Source of the DNA: a virus
Virus record (IMG/VR): IMGVR_UViG_3300013132_000021
DNA length: 64,000 bases
Direction: 5' to 3' (one strand)
The position numbers and the translations under genes were made by a program. Below are positions 1-9,181 of the stretch, piece after piece; the stretch's first letter is position 1; the number at the start of each line of letters is the position of its first letter. The notes beneath the pieces are model-generated. The model worked only from the letters and a program-made list of their open reading frames with translations, was not told the origin of the DNA and did no database searches.

Positions 1-999
1 GAACGTGATTTAGAAGTTGTATTAGGTGAATACATAGATGCAGAATGCGGTATAGACGGCGATGTAACTCAAATTATTTTAAAAGATGGCCGACGTATCC
101 AAGGAGATTGGTTTTTTGATTGCTCTGGATTTTCTAGATTGCTTATTAATAAACTTTTAAAAGTTGAACAAATCGATCTCAGCGAAACTTTTCCGGCAAA
201 CAGTGTTGTAGCATGGTGGTCTGATTCTTCTCCTTCGTTGACCACTAACGCATTCGCTATGCCGCATGGTTGGTCATGGAATATTAATCTAAAACATCGA
301 TCGGGTAATGGATATATTTTTGATCCAGATTGTATCACATTAGATCGAGCCATAGACGAAGCGTCTGTAAGATTTAATAAAAAAATAGAGCCGGTCGCTA
401 ATTTCACGTATACCCCCGGTATATCTAAATTACATTGGAAAAACAATGTGATAGCAGTTGGGCTAAGTTCGGGATTTCTTGAACCATTAGAAGCTAATGG
501 TGTAGCAGTAATAATAGAAGCAATGTATTCCTTATTAGACTACTGGGATCCGGATAAATCAGTAAAAGCGCAACATAATAAAACTGAAAAATTTAATGAT
601 AGAATGTTTACTTTGTATAATGATATCAAAGATTTTCTAGCGTTGCATTATCGAGGAAAACGAAACGACAGCGAATATTGGAAAAAATTAAAAAATCCTC
701 AAACTATTCCAGATTCTTTGAAAGAGAAACTTCAGCGATGGGAAGATTTTTATTATCGAGACGGAGTAGAGCCACAAAGTCTAGGATATTCCGAAGCTGC
801 ATGGTTAATGGTGTTACAAGGGCTTGATTATTTTGATGTAAAAATACTGCAACAACGGCCGTTCGTAAAAATACATGAAACTTCGGGATTAGAAATTATA
901 AATAAGAGTAGAGAATATTATAAACAATTGGTTGATCCATTTTGTACCTTAGACGAATGGATGCTTACTCCCAGTTGCACTACAAACAAGGAGAACTAA
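1..999 (+). CDS. Flavin-dependent tryptophan-halogenase-family protein (5' end outside window)
   Basis: Frame is open from base 1 (ERDLEVVLGE...GDWFFDCSGFSRLL) into track ORF 139..999. Motifs: FFDCSGF, GWSWNIN (WxWxI), GLSSGFLEPLEANG, IKDFLALHY..R.DSEYW. Confidence 0.9.
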   Translation, partial: ERDLEVVLGEYIDAECGIDGDVTQIILKDGRRIQGDWFFDCSGFSRLLINKLLKVEQIDLSETFPANSVVAWWSDSSPSLTTNAFAMPHGWSWNINLKHRSGNGYIFDPDCITLDRAIDEASVRFNKKIEPVANFTYTPGISKLHWKNNVIAVGLSSGFLEPLEANGVAVIIEAMYSLLDYWDPDKSVKAQHNKTEKFNDRMFTLYNDIKDFLALHYRGKRNDSEYWKKLKNPQTIPDSLKEKLQRWEDFYYRDGVEPQSLGYSEAAWLMVLQGLDYFDVKILQQRPFVKIHETSGLEIINKSREYYKQLVDPFCTLDEWMLTPSCTTNKEN

Positions 1000-1000
1000 A

Positions 1001-1177
1001 ATGGCAGAAAATTTGAAAACATATGAGATTTTTTTAAGAGAGTCTACTACTTCCTTAAGAATTGTGAGAGAAACGTGTCAAGCTGTTGGTATAAAAGAAG
1101 CACAAAGGTATTTTGAACAAACTTTTGGTGTTGGACGCACAGTTGCAGGACCAAGTTTAGTTAAAAACCCTAACTAA
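1001..1177 (+). CDS. Small hypothetical protein, 58 aa (MAENLKTYEIFLRE...VAGPSLVKNPN), below the ORF-track cutoff
   Basis: AAGGAG Shine-Dalgarno at 988-993, ATG at 1001 right after the halogenase stop, TAA at 1175-1177. Confidence 0.7.
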   Translation: MAENLKTYEIFLRESTTSLRIVRETCQAVGIKEAQRYFEQTFGVGRTVAGPSLVKNPN

Positions 1178-1806
1178 ATTTTTCCAGAAAGTTTGTGTTC
1201 AGCCATAACTTTCGCAACTTCTTGCTTTACTTCGGGGCCGGTGTAATCGTAGGGCAACCCCAGACTAGGCCTTGTATCCCATTTTAACCATGCAAGATTT
1301 CCGTTAGCTCGTACATACTGTAAAAAACATTGTATTTGTTTTTTACCTGTAAATTCATCTCTCCAGTGCTCTTGTGCATTTCCGTTATAGATTACAAGGT
1401 CTCCTTGATTTAGATGGATTTCGTGAGTAACACCTTGATCTGATTTAATAAACAACGGCCAATCTTGATCATCTTTTCCAATACATACGCTGACACTTAT
1501 TTCACTACTGGATCTATCAAAGTGAGGATCTAATCTACTACCGGTGCGATAAATTCTTGCATAAGAGTATACAGGAAATAATTCTTCGCCGACAGTCTTT
1601 TCTATTACAGGCAAAAGATATACAGATAGTGCTTCAAAACACAAAGGAGCATATCTAGCAAATGAATTAGGTGACATGTCAGCCATAGACACAGTGGGAT
1701 AGATTATTGCACAGCAAGATTCTTGCATTTCATATTGTATGGCGCAGAGTTTGCATATCTCGGTAGGCACTGCGTTTGTCAACAGTTTATAATCAGGCTG
1801 TATCAT
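1174..1806 (-). CDS. Fe(II)/2OG-dependent oxygenase (prolyl-hydroxylase/PKHD-like phage type)
   Basis: YARIY..G..L.PHFDR.S.EIS (HxD), distal EHWR, IQCFLQY. Start moved to the ATG at 1806, which makes an ATGA overlap with the upstream stop. Confidence 0.85.
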   Translation of the reverse strand: MIQPDYKLLTNAVPTEICKLCAIQYEMQESCCAIIYPTVSMADMSPNSFARYAPLCFEALSVYLLPVIEKTVGEELFPVYSYARIYRTGSRLDPHFDRSSSEISVSVCIGKDDQDWPLFIKSDQGVTHEIHLNQGDLVIYNGNAQEHWRDEFTGKKQIQCFLQYVRANGNLAWLKWDTRPSLGLPYDYTGPEVKQEVAKVMAEHKLSGKI

Positions 1807-2360
1807 AGAGGAATGAAAGATAAGTTGTCCCATGGCAGCTGAGTATGTTGAACAACTTTGGTATTGTTGGTTACTAAAATGTCAAATCCTAGAGTAATTC
1901 TCATTCCGTCGTAGGGTCGCTCTGCGACAACTTTATGTTTTCTATAGCCCGGCCCAAAATAAATTTGACCAGGTTTATTATCTATCACATAATTTTCAAA
2001 ATCAGTAAACGTGTTTTTCGGATCAATGGATATGTATCCATGATAATCAAATGCATGGTTATGCCAATCTAATCGATCTAATTCTTGATAAGACATATAA
2101 TTCATCCAAGACTGCAACCATATTTCATTGTCTGCCCCTAACTGTAATTTTATAAATTGCTGTAGTTCTTTAAATATTCCATAGAATACACTTGAAGGAC
2201 CAGCCAAACTAAAAATGTTATATCGATCATATGTCCATGTGGTATCAGCATCGGGATACATTTTTTTAAAAGAATGATAGGCTAGCTGCGTGTGCAATAT
2301 AATATCCTTAATATTTTTTTCAATATATTCAGATTGATATAATGTATAATCTTTCATCAT
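1803..2360 (-). CDS. Putative Fe(II)/2OG oxygenase, HxH type
   Basis: SWMN...WHNH...GYI...KHKV...RITLGFD pattern of the DSBH fold. Confidence 0.7.
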   Translation of the reverse strand: MMKDYTLYQSEYIEKNIKDIILHTQLAYHSFKKMYPDADTTWTYDRYNIFSLAGPSSVFYGIFKELQQFIKLQLGADNEIWLQSWMNYMSYQELDRLDWHNHAFDYHGYISIDPKNTFTDFENYVIDNKPGQIYFGPGYRKHKVVAERPYDGMRITLGFDILVTNNTKVVQHTQLPWDNLSFIPL

Positions 2361-2971
2361 CAGGGGATCACTATATTTTCTAAATTCATGTTTATCACGC
2401 TTCTACATTTATTTTCAATTGGCCAGGACGACGTGTGATAATATTTTCCTTCGAATATTACCACTTTACCCTTTTTTGGTTTGATTTTTTTCTTGATTGT
2501 AAAATTTCCGGCTAGGGTTCTATCAATATCTAATTGTCCGCTGTTATAAGTATCGTTGGTCTCGTTAAAAATCACAGTTTCACCGTCGCTGTCATTAACG
2601 TAATAAATTGCCACCCAGTGTGGTCGCCATGTATCTATATGTGGAAGATGATGTTGCAGAGAAGACCCGGCTGCATTTAATGTTAAGTTGGCTCGCATAC
2701 GTATGAGATTATTTGCAGATATGCACGGCTGGCTAGTAATACTAAGAGCCAATGGATACACCAGTTCGAAGTATGCTGATGGCTTACCTTCTTCTAAAAA
2801 AAGATGATTAAATCCTTGATGATTGTCATTTCGTTTCAAAAAGGGCTGATCCGGGCTAACTAGATTAGGATTATAATACCACGGGAAATTTGATCCTAAC
2901 ATAATTTTTTCTATGTGATTTTGATAATCAATGGGAATTATGTTTTCAATTTCAAATATATTATCATTCAT
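2360..2971 (-). CDS. Fe(II)/2OG oxygenase
   Basis: FPWYY, PHID, AIYYVNDSDGET, PKKGKVVIFEG..YHTS, RSVINMN. Confidence 0.85.
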   Translation of the reverse strand: MNDNIFEIENIIPIDYQNHIEKIMLGSNFPWYYNPNLVSPDQPFLKRNDNHQGFNHLFLEEGKPSAYFELVYPLALSITSQPCISANNLIRMRANLTLNAAGSSLQHHLPHIDTWRPHWVAIYYVNDSDGETVIFNETNDTYNSGQLDIDRTLAGNFTIKKKIKPKKGKVVIFEGKYYHTSSWPIENKCRSVINMNLENIVIP

Positions 2972-3486
2972 GTTGCTATTCCAAAAAACGTAACGGTAAG
3001 TCTGCCTGTTTCAAGATCATTGCCGAACGTATTCGCAGGAGAATGCCACAAAGTTGGATTAAAAATAATCATTCTATTAAAGACATTTTCTACAGTTAGG
3101 GTTTTTATTAACTCGCCGTTAGGATTCTTATTATAAAATAAAGTTCCGGTACCTATAGGAGGATTTTCATTTAGATAAATTATTCCCGCTACGTTATAAA
3201 ATAACTCGTCTTGATGTATATTTTGTAAAAATTTAGACTCCTCTGTATATGCAAATTGTATTTTCAATCTTTGAAAATTATTTTTTCCACTGACATGTTT
3301 AACAATTTTTTCTGCTAACGAATGGAAAATATTCTCGTGTATTTCGTCCAATGGTTTGCTTTTTTTACCAGGATATCCCGATTGATCTTTTGTGTATTCC
3401 TGTTTTAGTGCAAACGATCTCCATAAACCAGGCAATTCTAAAAAATTATCAACAATTTTAAAATGTTGTGCAATATTAGTTAACAT
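2968..3486 (-). CDS. Fe(II)/2OG oxygenase (DUF6445-like)
   Basis: IVDNF, YPGKKS, IHQD, AGIIYL, GTGT, NVFNR.IIF...WHS, RLTVTFF. Confidence 0.8.
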   Translation of the reverse strand: MLTNIAQHFKIVDNFLELPGLWRSFALKQEYTKDQSGYPGKKSKPLDEIHENIFHSLAEKIVKHVSGKNNFQRLKIQFAYTEESKFLQNIHQDELFYNVAGIIYLNENPPIGTGTLFYNKNPNGELIKTLTVENVFNRMIIFNPTLWHSPANTFGNDLETGRLTVTFFGIAT

Positions 3487-4187
3487 TATCTTACCTTGAA
3501 AAAGAATACATTAGTTAATCTAGTATCTTCTTTACCTTTGCCAAAAAAATTGTCTGCACTATGCCAATTTCTGGTATCAAAAATAATACATCTGTTGTAT
3601 ACATTTCCGATCTGTATTGTGGGAGTAAAGTGCGATCTTTGTTCTTGTCTATATTTTGCAAATTTACTTCTTTCTTCTTCTGTAGAATACACATCTTCCA
3701 TAAAAATTTTAGTATATTTTTCTCCATCAAAATCTATATTATCTGCATATAAGGTAGTGCCTGATTCTATTGGAGCAGTTGGGGAAAGGTAAATTAATCC
3801 AGCCACATGTAGTTTAGGATCGTCATCGTGTACCCATCCAGTACCCCAACTTTCGTCAATCAGTTGAAATCCGGTTTGCATATCGTATATTTCCTGGACT
3901 CCGTAATCTTTTATTATCTGAAAAATTTTTCGAATCAAATAATTATATAATTCTATATTTGATTCATGCAATAGCTCGGTACGCACACCTGGCCAAGTTC
4001 CTCTTTCTCCTTTAAAGAACTCTTGTTGTAAGGCCCAGTGTCTTACTAGATCCGGAGATTCGAAAAAGTTATCTATAATGATAGTGGGAAAGTATGGGTG
4101 TAAATGTCTATTCTTTAGATCAAGTCTGCTGATCATAACTCTACTATTATATTCTTCTCTAAGAAATTTTTCTAAAAACTGTTTCAT
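3486..4187 (-). CDS. Fe(II)/2OG oxygenase (DUF6445-like)
   Basis: IIDNFF, WPGVRT, GWVHDD, AGLIYL, SGT, NVYNR...WHSA, RLTNVFF. Confidence 0.82.
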   Translation of the reverse strand: MKQFLEKFLREEYNSRVMISRLDLKNRHLHPYFPTIIIDNFFESPDLVRHWALQQEFFKGERGTWPGVRTELLHESNIELYNYLIRKIFQIIKDYGVQEIYDMQTGFQLIDESWGTGWVHDDDPKLHVAGLIYLSPTAPIESGTTLYADNIDFDGEKYTKIFMEDVYSTEEERSKFAKYRQEQRSHFTPTIQIGNVYNRCIIFDTRNWHSADNFFGKGKEDTRLTNVFFFKVR

Positions 4188-4759
4188 TTTATATCAGCGG
4201 AAAAATTTATAGTGCAAACTATTCTTTTATTAAAAACTTTTGGGCAGGTACTGGCATGATAATGCATACCGTCAAATACAACTACTTTTCCCTTCTTTGG
4301 TTCTGACTTGTGTAGAGGATAATACTTTTCAGCGATTTCGGTTTCTCTAAAAATTACTGTGCTTCCATCGCAATCGTTTAGATAATAAACAGCAGTCCAA
4401 TGAGGAGTTTCCATGTCTCTGTGTACAGTATTATATTGATATGGGCTGCCTGCGTATGCGTATTTTGTGTTGAGTAAAAACCCCAGACGGATTCTGTGAA
4501 CTATTTTTAATTCCATATTGGCTTGTTCTGTAATAGCGTTAACTAATGGAGTAAAGAATTCAGCGTGAGGATTTTGAGATTGACTTGGATGATATACCAC
4601 ATGACCAAAGGCTGGAGTAGATGATGTTTTATCAGTGGCTTTTTCGTAGGTTGTATCTTCCATAAAATGCCACGGGAAGTTTATATCAGTTACTAGATTA
4701 TAGATCTCATTTTGATAGGTTTTATCGACGACATCGAATAACTCCAATGGCTTAAACAC
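4184..4759 (-). CDS. Fe(II)/2OG oxygenase (paralogue of 2360..2971)
   Basis: FPWHF, VHRD, AVYYLNDCDGST, PKKGKVVVFDG.HYHAS, RIVCTINF. Confidence 0.85.
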   Translation of the reverse strand: MFKPLELFDVVDKTYQNEIYNLVTDINFPWHFMEDTTYEKATDKTSSTPAFGHVVYHPSQSQNPHAEFFTPLVNAITEQANMELKIVHRIRLGFLLNTKYAYAGSPYQYNTVHRDMETPHWTAVYYLNDCDGSTVIFRETEIAEKYYPLHKSEPKKGKVVVFDGMHYHASTCPKVFNKRIVCTINFSADIK

Positions 4760-4768
4760 GATTTTCTC

Positions 4769-5425
4769 CTATAAAATAACAATCTTCGATCTAAAAACAG
4801 GTGTACGGCCAGTACTTATATCTTTTACAAAAAAAACTAAGGTGAGACGATCTTCTCCGTCCTGTCCAATAAAGTCTTCGGCAGTGTGTATTAGATTCGA
4901 ATCAAAGGCTATCAATCTATTATATTTAGATGAAATTTTTATGCTGTCTGCAAAACACGAATTATTTCTTATTCTCAGTTCATCGGCTTGTTCTTTAGAA
5001 ATTTTACCTTGGTAAAATTTTATTTTTTCGTCCTGCCTATATTCCATTCCACTATTAGAATCTAATTGTTTTTTTTCTAAAATTGTGGTACCGCTTTTTT
5101 CACAAAAATCTCTATCTAGATAGAGTATACCTGTAATGATAGGTCCCGGATCTGTATGCGCCCACCCCGATCCGTATCGACTGTTTATTTTTTGGAATTT
5201 CGCTTCTACTTTCCATCCTATTTCCCCAATGTCGAAAAATATAGAAAAAAACTTTTTGGTAAAATTTTCAAATATTCCAGGATCTAGTTCATGTAATCCT
5301 TTGCTTCGGATACCCGGCCATCTTCCTTGATCATCAGGATAAAATTCTTGACTTAATGCAAACTTTCGCATCATATCTGGATTTTCTAAAAAATTGTCTA
5401 ATATAATCACTGGTATAGTATGCAT
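4769..5425 (-). CDS. Fe(II)/2OG oxygenase (DUF6445-like)
   Basis: ILDNF, WPGIRS, GWAHTD, GILYL, SGT, YNRLIAFD...HTA, RLTLVFF. Confidence 0.82.
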   Translation of the reverse strand: MHTIPVIILDNFLENPDMMRKFALSQEFYPDDQGRWPGIRSKGLHELDPGIFENFTKKFFSIFFDIGEIGWKVEAKFQKINSRYGSGWAHTDPGPIITGILYLDRDFCEKSGTTILEKKQLDSNSGMEYRQDEKIKFYQGKISKEQADELRIRNNSCFADSIKISSKYNRLIAFDSNLIHTAEDFIGQDGEDRLTLVFFVKDISTGRTPVFRSKIVIL

Positions 5426-5428
5426 GAT

Positions 5429-6163
5429 CTAATTTTTTCTCAATTGATACCAATTTCTATCTGAGCTCTTACTTGGTGGATCGCTAGGATATTTTATCCA
5501 ACAAGGCACGCTAAGACTTATTCTTTTAGCAGTCGGATAGGCTACATGGTAACATCTCGAGGGAATATACAATGCATCGTTGGGCTCTAATTCAACATCT
5601 AGAGCAACTTCTAAATCGTTTTCATCTATGTGTTTGTCATACCGTTGATTATTTAATGTACCGATCTGATACAGGTTAGATATTCTATTATGAAATACTT
5701 TCCATCGTGTTTTTCCTTCTACCTGTATAATAAAATTTACAGGATAGTCGTCGTGTATAGGAAAAGATTTGGCGCCTTCTAACCCGCAATACACATGTAA
5801 TGCAGCATTTATATCAAATATTTTTTCAAAAGTCTGCACTAATTTATTAGTTGTTTCGCTGTAAGATGCATAGTTCATTATCACTAATCCGTGTCCGTGA
5901 TTAACTTTATCAAACAAAAAATTTTTATCTTGAACCTGTCTATCCCATACCCATGTCTTATTTGCCTGTGGGATATCTATTTTCATATTTGAATCTTTAT
6001 CGATTAATTCAAAATTAAAAATCTCAGGACGATTTAAACAACTTTCTATGTCTGCCCACGTTGCTAGAGAACTTGCGTTTGACATAAAATTTTTAAAGAA
6101 ATGAGGAGTATCATTCTTTAATAAATCAGTTTCACTTAGAATTTTTTGCCCAATAAAGTCCAT
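5429..6163 (-). CDS. JmjC/cupin-4 family oxygenase (ribosomal-oxygenase YcfD/ROXA-like catalytic domain)
   Basis: HVY...SFPIHDD...NFIIQVEGKTRWKV...LEPNDALYIPSRCYHVA...RISLS. Confidence 0.85.
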   Translation of the reverse strand: MDFIGQKILSETDLLKNDTPHFFKNFMSNASSLATWADIESCLNRPEIFNFELIDKDSNMKIDIPQANKTWVWDRQVQDKNFLFDKVNHGHGLVIMNYASYSETTNKLVQTFEKIFDINAALHVYCGLEGAKSFPIHDDYPVNFIIQVEGKTRWKVFHNRISNLYQIGTLNNQRYDKHIDENDLEVALDVELEPNDALYIPSRCYHVAYPTAKRISLSVPCWIKYPSDPPSKSSDRNWYQLRKN

Positions 6164-6761
6164 CTATTTTCCTCATAAGTTTTACATTAAATGAAATAGA
6201 AATCCTATCGCTAGTGGTTCCGTTTCGTTCAACTCCGTGCGGTAGATACCCGGGAAACATAATTAATTTTCCCACGGCTGGTTGGAATGACATTGCCGAT
6301 GCACTAATTGGTGTGTAGTGTTTTACTCGAGCCTGCGATGCCACAATATAATCTTGGGAATAGCACTTGTAGAAATTAACTGGACCTTGTCCAGGTTCGG
6401 CTTTCACATAAAATACTCCAGACACAAACGCATTATCGTGTATGTGAACTGAATTTGTGTGATTTTCTCCATTTATGTTTACCCACATATTTGGAATACA
6501 CAACACGCATTCATCTTCGTCGTATCCATAATCACGAACACAATTTTCTGCTTGATTTAATATTTTTTTATAAAGACCTGCTAGTTCCGGATAAATCTCT
6601 GGTTCAAAATCTTGTGATTGCCACCCTCCTTGATTACTAAAATTTCTTCCAACAGGGTCACTTTCATGTAACCTATAACATAATTTTAATATAGGTTCTA
6701 TTTCAATATCGTCAGTATCCTCCCACCAGATAGGAGTGGGGAAATATAATTCATATCTCAT
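6132..6761 (-). CDS. TIGR02466-like putative 2OG oxygenase (HxH)
   Basis: FPTPIW, SNQGGWQS, MWVNIN, HIH, SGVFYV, FPGYLPHGV, RISISFN. Start moved to the ATG at 6761 (ATGA overlap). Confidence 0.85.
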   Translation of the reverse strand: MRYELYFPTPIWWEDTDDIEIEPILKLCYRLHESDPVGRNFSNQGGWQSQDFEPEIYPELAGLYKKILNQAENCVRDYGYDEDECVLCIPNMWVNINGENHTNSVHIHDNAFVSGVFYVKAEPGQGPVNFYKCYSQDYIVASQARVKHYTPISASAMSFQPAVGKLIMFPGYLPHGVERNGTTSDRISISFNVKLMRKIDGLYWAKNSK

Positions 6762-7561
6762 ATTTTGATGAAATCTCGTAAGTTTAAATTGTTGCTTGTT
6801 AGATGCGAAAAAGCAAACGTATGGCTCCACCTAAAATCAACATTTTCCGAAATATACGGAGTATGACACACGTTGGCTTGATACATCGATAATGTTTTTT
6901 CTTTTGTTGGCACACTGCCTAAATATTCGAATCCCCATCTTGCTAAGTCGTCATCGTTGGTGTTGAACCACCCTGAACTTTTTTTAGGTATCTCAGCCAG
7001 CGATCGCCATTCTTCGTGCATTTTATGTTTTGTGTCTATTTGAAAATCGTATATTAAATCGTGCACTTCACCATGGTACTTATAAATTTTTGTACAGCTA
7101 TCCTGAAGGTCATGATCAGTGAACCATAAATTAGCTACCATTCCGTGATCATAATCCATGTGCGGTATTCTCCAGCAGCTGATAGGTTTTATCGATGATT
7201 TATAATATATGTTTCCCCATTCGTGCACCTGTGGATCGAATACCGGAAGTTTAACATTCTCAAGATAAAAATCTCTAATCAATAGGCAAATATCTTTGTG
7301 AACCCATTCTGGCACATGTATGGTATCAAATGGGTTTGGTTGGATAGAGCTAGATAAACTATTGCTTTTCTGGATAGGAAAACAACTTATCACATTTTTA
7401 AATAATTCAAACCCGTCGTCAAAAAACGGATTTTCAACGATCCAATATCCTATGCCGTAATCTAATTCTACAAATTCAAATTTCCAATCTTGAAAAGATT
7501 TAAATTTTATAATCTTATCAAAATTATTTGCATCAGGATAGCATCTTTTAAAATTCATCAT
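6758..7561 (-). CDS. Putative Fe(II)/2OG oxygenase (divergent)
   Basis: IPHMD, VANLW, CT.IY, CHTPY, RWS. Context among oxygenases. Confidence 0.65.
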   Translation of the reverse strand: MMNFKRCYPDANNFDKIIKFKSFQDWKFEFVELDYGIGYWIVENPFFDDGFELFKNVISCFPIQKSNSLSSSIQPNPFDTIHVPEWVHKDICLLIRDFYLENVKLPVFDPQVHEWGNIYYKSSIKPISCWRIPHMDYDHGMVANLWFTDHDLQDSCTKIYKYHGEVHDLIYDFQIDTKHKMHEEWRSLAEIPKKSSGWFNTNDDDLARWGFEYLGSVPTKEKTLSMYQANVCHTPYISENVDFRWSHTFAFSHLTSNNLNLRDFIKI

Positions 7562-8157
7562 TGTATATTAAATGTCATTACATATCTAGATTCTGAACTC
7601 AAATTGGGTTGTACATAATGTTTGAGATATCCAGGAAAAATTAAAACATCATTAGTGGCAACTGAAATTTCTTGATACAGATGTTCTTCAGGAAAAATAG
7701 GCCAAGAAGATTTATGATATTCTAAAGGATCTTTAAAAACTATGTTTCCTGAATTTGGTGGGCAATTTAAATATGCTGATACCACAAAGGTAGTGTTGTT
7801 ATGATTATGTTCTATAGTTTCTCCTGAGAAGTCGTGGCGATTGACCCATGAGTTAGTGATCTTATAATCAGCAGATTGAAAATTTAAATCTTTTGCTAGT
7901 CCGAGTGTGATTATATCTATCCAATCAATAAAATGTTGTAACTCAGACCAGTGGTGTGGTTGTAGATCAGAATCGCAGCTAACAGTTGACCATGCAGATT
8001 TTTTCTCTAATAGACTATTAGTCTTGCTATGTAGAAACAGATCATCTATTTTTGGTTTTAGGGAGTCCCAATTAAAAGAATATTGATACTTCCATATAGT
8101 CGGCCGAAATAACTGTATTTCTCCGTATTGATCTTGATTAGGCAGATGATTCATCAC
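7558..8157 (-). CDS. TIGR02466-like putative 2OG oxygenase (HxH)
   Basis: SWVN, EHNH, SAYL..P.NSG.I.F.DP, IFPGYLKHYV, RYVMTFN. Confidence 0.85.
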   Translation of the reverse strand: MMNHLPNQDQYGEIQLFRPTIWKYQYSFNWDSLKPKIDDLFLHSKTNSLLEKKSAWSTVSCDSDLQPHHWSELQHFIDWIDIITLGLAKDLNFQSADYKITNSWVNRHDFSGETIEHNHNNTTFVVSAYLNCPPNSGNIVFKDPLEYHKSSWPIFPEEHLYQEISVATNDVLIFPGYLKHYVQPNLSSESRYVMTFNIQ

Positions 8158-8377
8158 AGATTTCTACAGCTAGTTTCAAACCCATTAGACATCCCTCCAT
8201 TTTTAATGAATCACTACTTAATTCTTGTCTCTTAGCAAAATCAATAGACGTAATGCCGTATGGGTTTAATTTAACGTTGGCGAAATCAGATTCTAATTGT
8301 TGCAACTCTTTTTGAATTTTTTCCCTTTCTATCTCAAGTGCAACCATTTTATCTAATAGAGTTTGTTTTACTGACAT
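8138..8377 (-). CDS. Small coiled-coil hypothetical protein
   Basis: 79-aa ORF tightly packed in the operon, with a heptad-like helix. Confidence 0.6.
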   Translation of the reverse strand: MSVKQTLLDKMVALEIEREKIQKELQQLESDFANVKLNPYGITSIDFAKRQELSSDSLKMEGCLMGLKLAVEICDESSA

Positions 8378-8380
8378 AAT

Positions 8381-9181
8381 TTATTTCCTTTTGGTGTAAT
8401 TTTTTAAGATCTTAGTTAATCTATTTAATCTTGAAGATAACGAATCAGTCTTCAGAATGGCACAATTAGAGGCATAAACCCAAGCTCTTTCGCGAGTCCA
8501 GTCTGCAGAATCGGCTTCATCAATAGTAACGTCATAGCTTCCCACAGACAGATATTCCCTCTTCATAGGAATAATATGGCATAGAGGTGTTCCGGCTTTT
8601 ACCAAAGTTTCTCCGTGTTTTTTTTTCCAAAACAATTGAATGTTTAAGTTGTATCCATATCTACTATCTAAAATTCCAGTAGCTGAAAAAAATCTATCTT
8701 CGTTGTTATAATGCACCGGCATCATTACAAATACAATATCATCTGATGCCTCAACCCTCCAAGGAGTTTCTATTTTTACGATAGAACTTAATATTTCTGA
8801 AGGATCGTCTAACAAGCACATAGTTTGATTCGGTCCGTGTACCGCCGATACATACCGTGCCACATCGAGCGGATATTCTGGTCCGATTTTGAATCTCCAG
8901 GGTTCCCGCCAGTCATAAGATATACCAGATTCGTGTACTTTGATTATAAAATCAGCAGGAGCCGGTACTATCCACCCAGCCGAGGTGAGTTTAAGAATCC
9001 CCGGACAGTTTTTGGTTGACATCACATTCTGATCTTCTGGCCAAGATCTATATTTTCGACTCAGCTGTTTAGATGGATATATGGGATATAGAGTTGTGAC
9101 TCCTGGCTCCATCGAGTAAAATCGTACCCAGGGTTTTTTCTTCCAAATTTTACCAAATAGTTTTTTACACAGAATGCTCAT
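8381..9181 (-). CDS. Conserved phage hypothetical protein (DUF6065-like / beta-clip-like), commonly found near phage oxygenases
   Basis: KNCPG...GWIVPAP.D, KIETPW, GILD, KAGTPLCHIIP.KRE. Start at the ATG 9181 preceded by GGAG. Confidence 0.55.
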   Translation of the reverse strand: MSILCKKLFGKIWKKKPWVRFYSMEPGVTTLYPIYPSKQLSRKYRSWPEDQNVMSTKNCPGILKLTSAGWIVPAPADFIIKVHESGISYDWREPWRFKIGPEYPLDVARYVSAVHGPNQTMCLLDDPSEILSSIVKIETPWRVEASDDIVFVMMPVHYNNEDRFFSATGILDSRYGYNLNIQLFWKKKHGETLVKAGTPLCHIIPMKREYLSVGSYDVTIDEADSADWTRERAWVYASNCAILKTDSLSSRLNRLTKILKNYTKRK

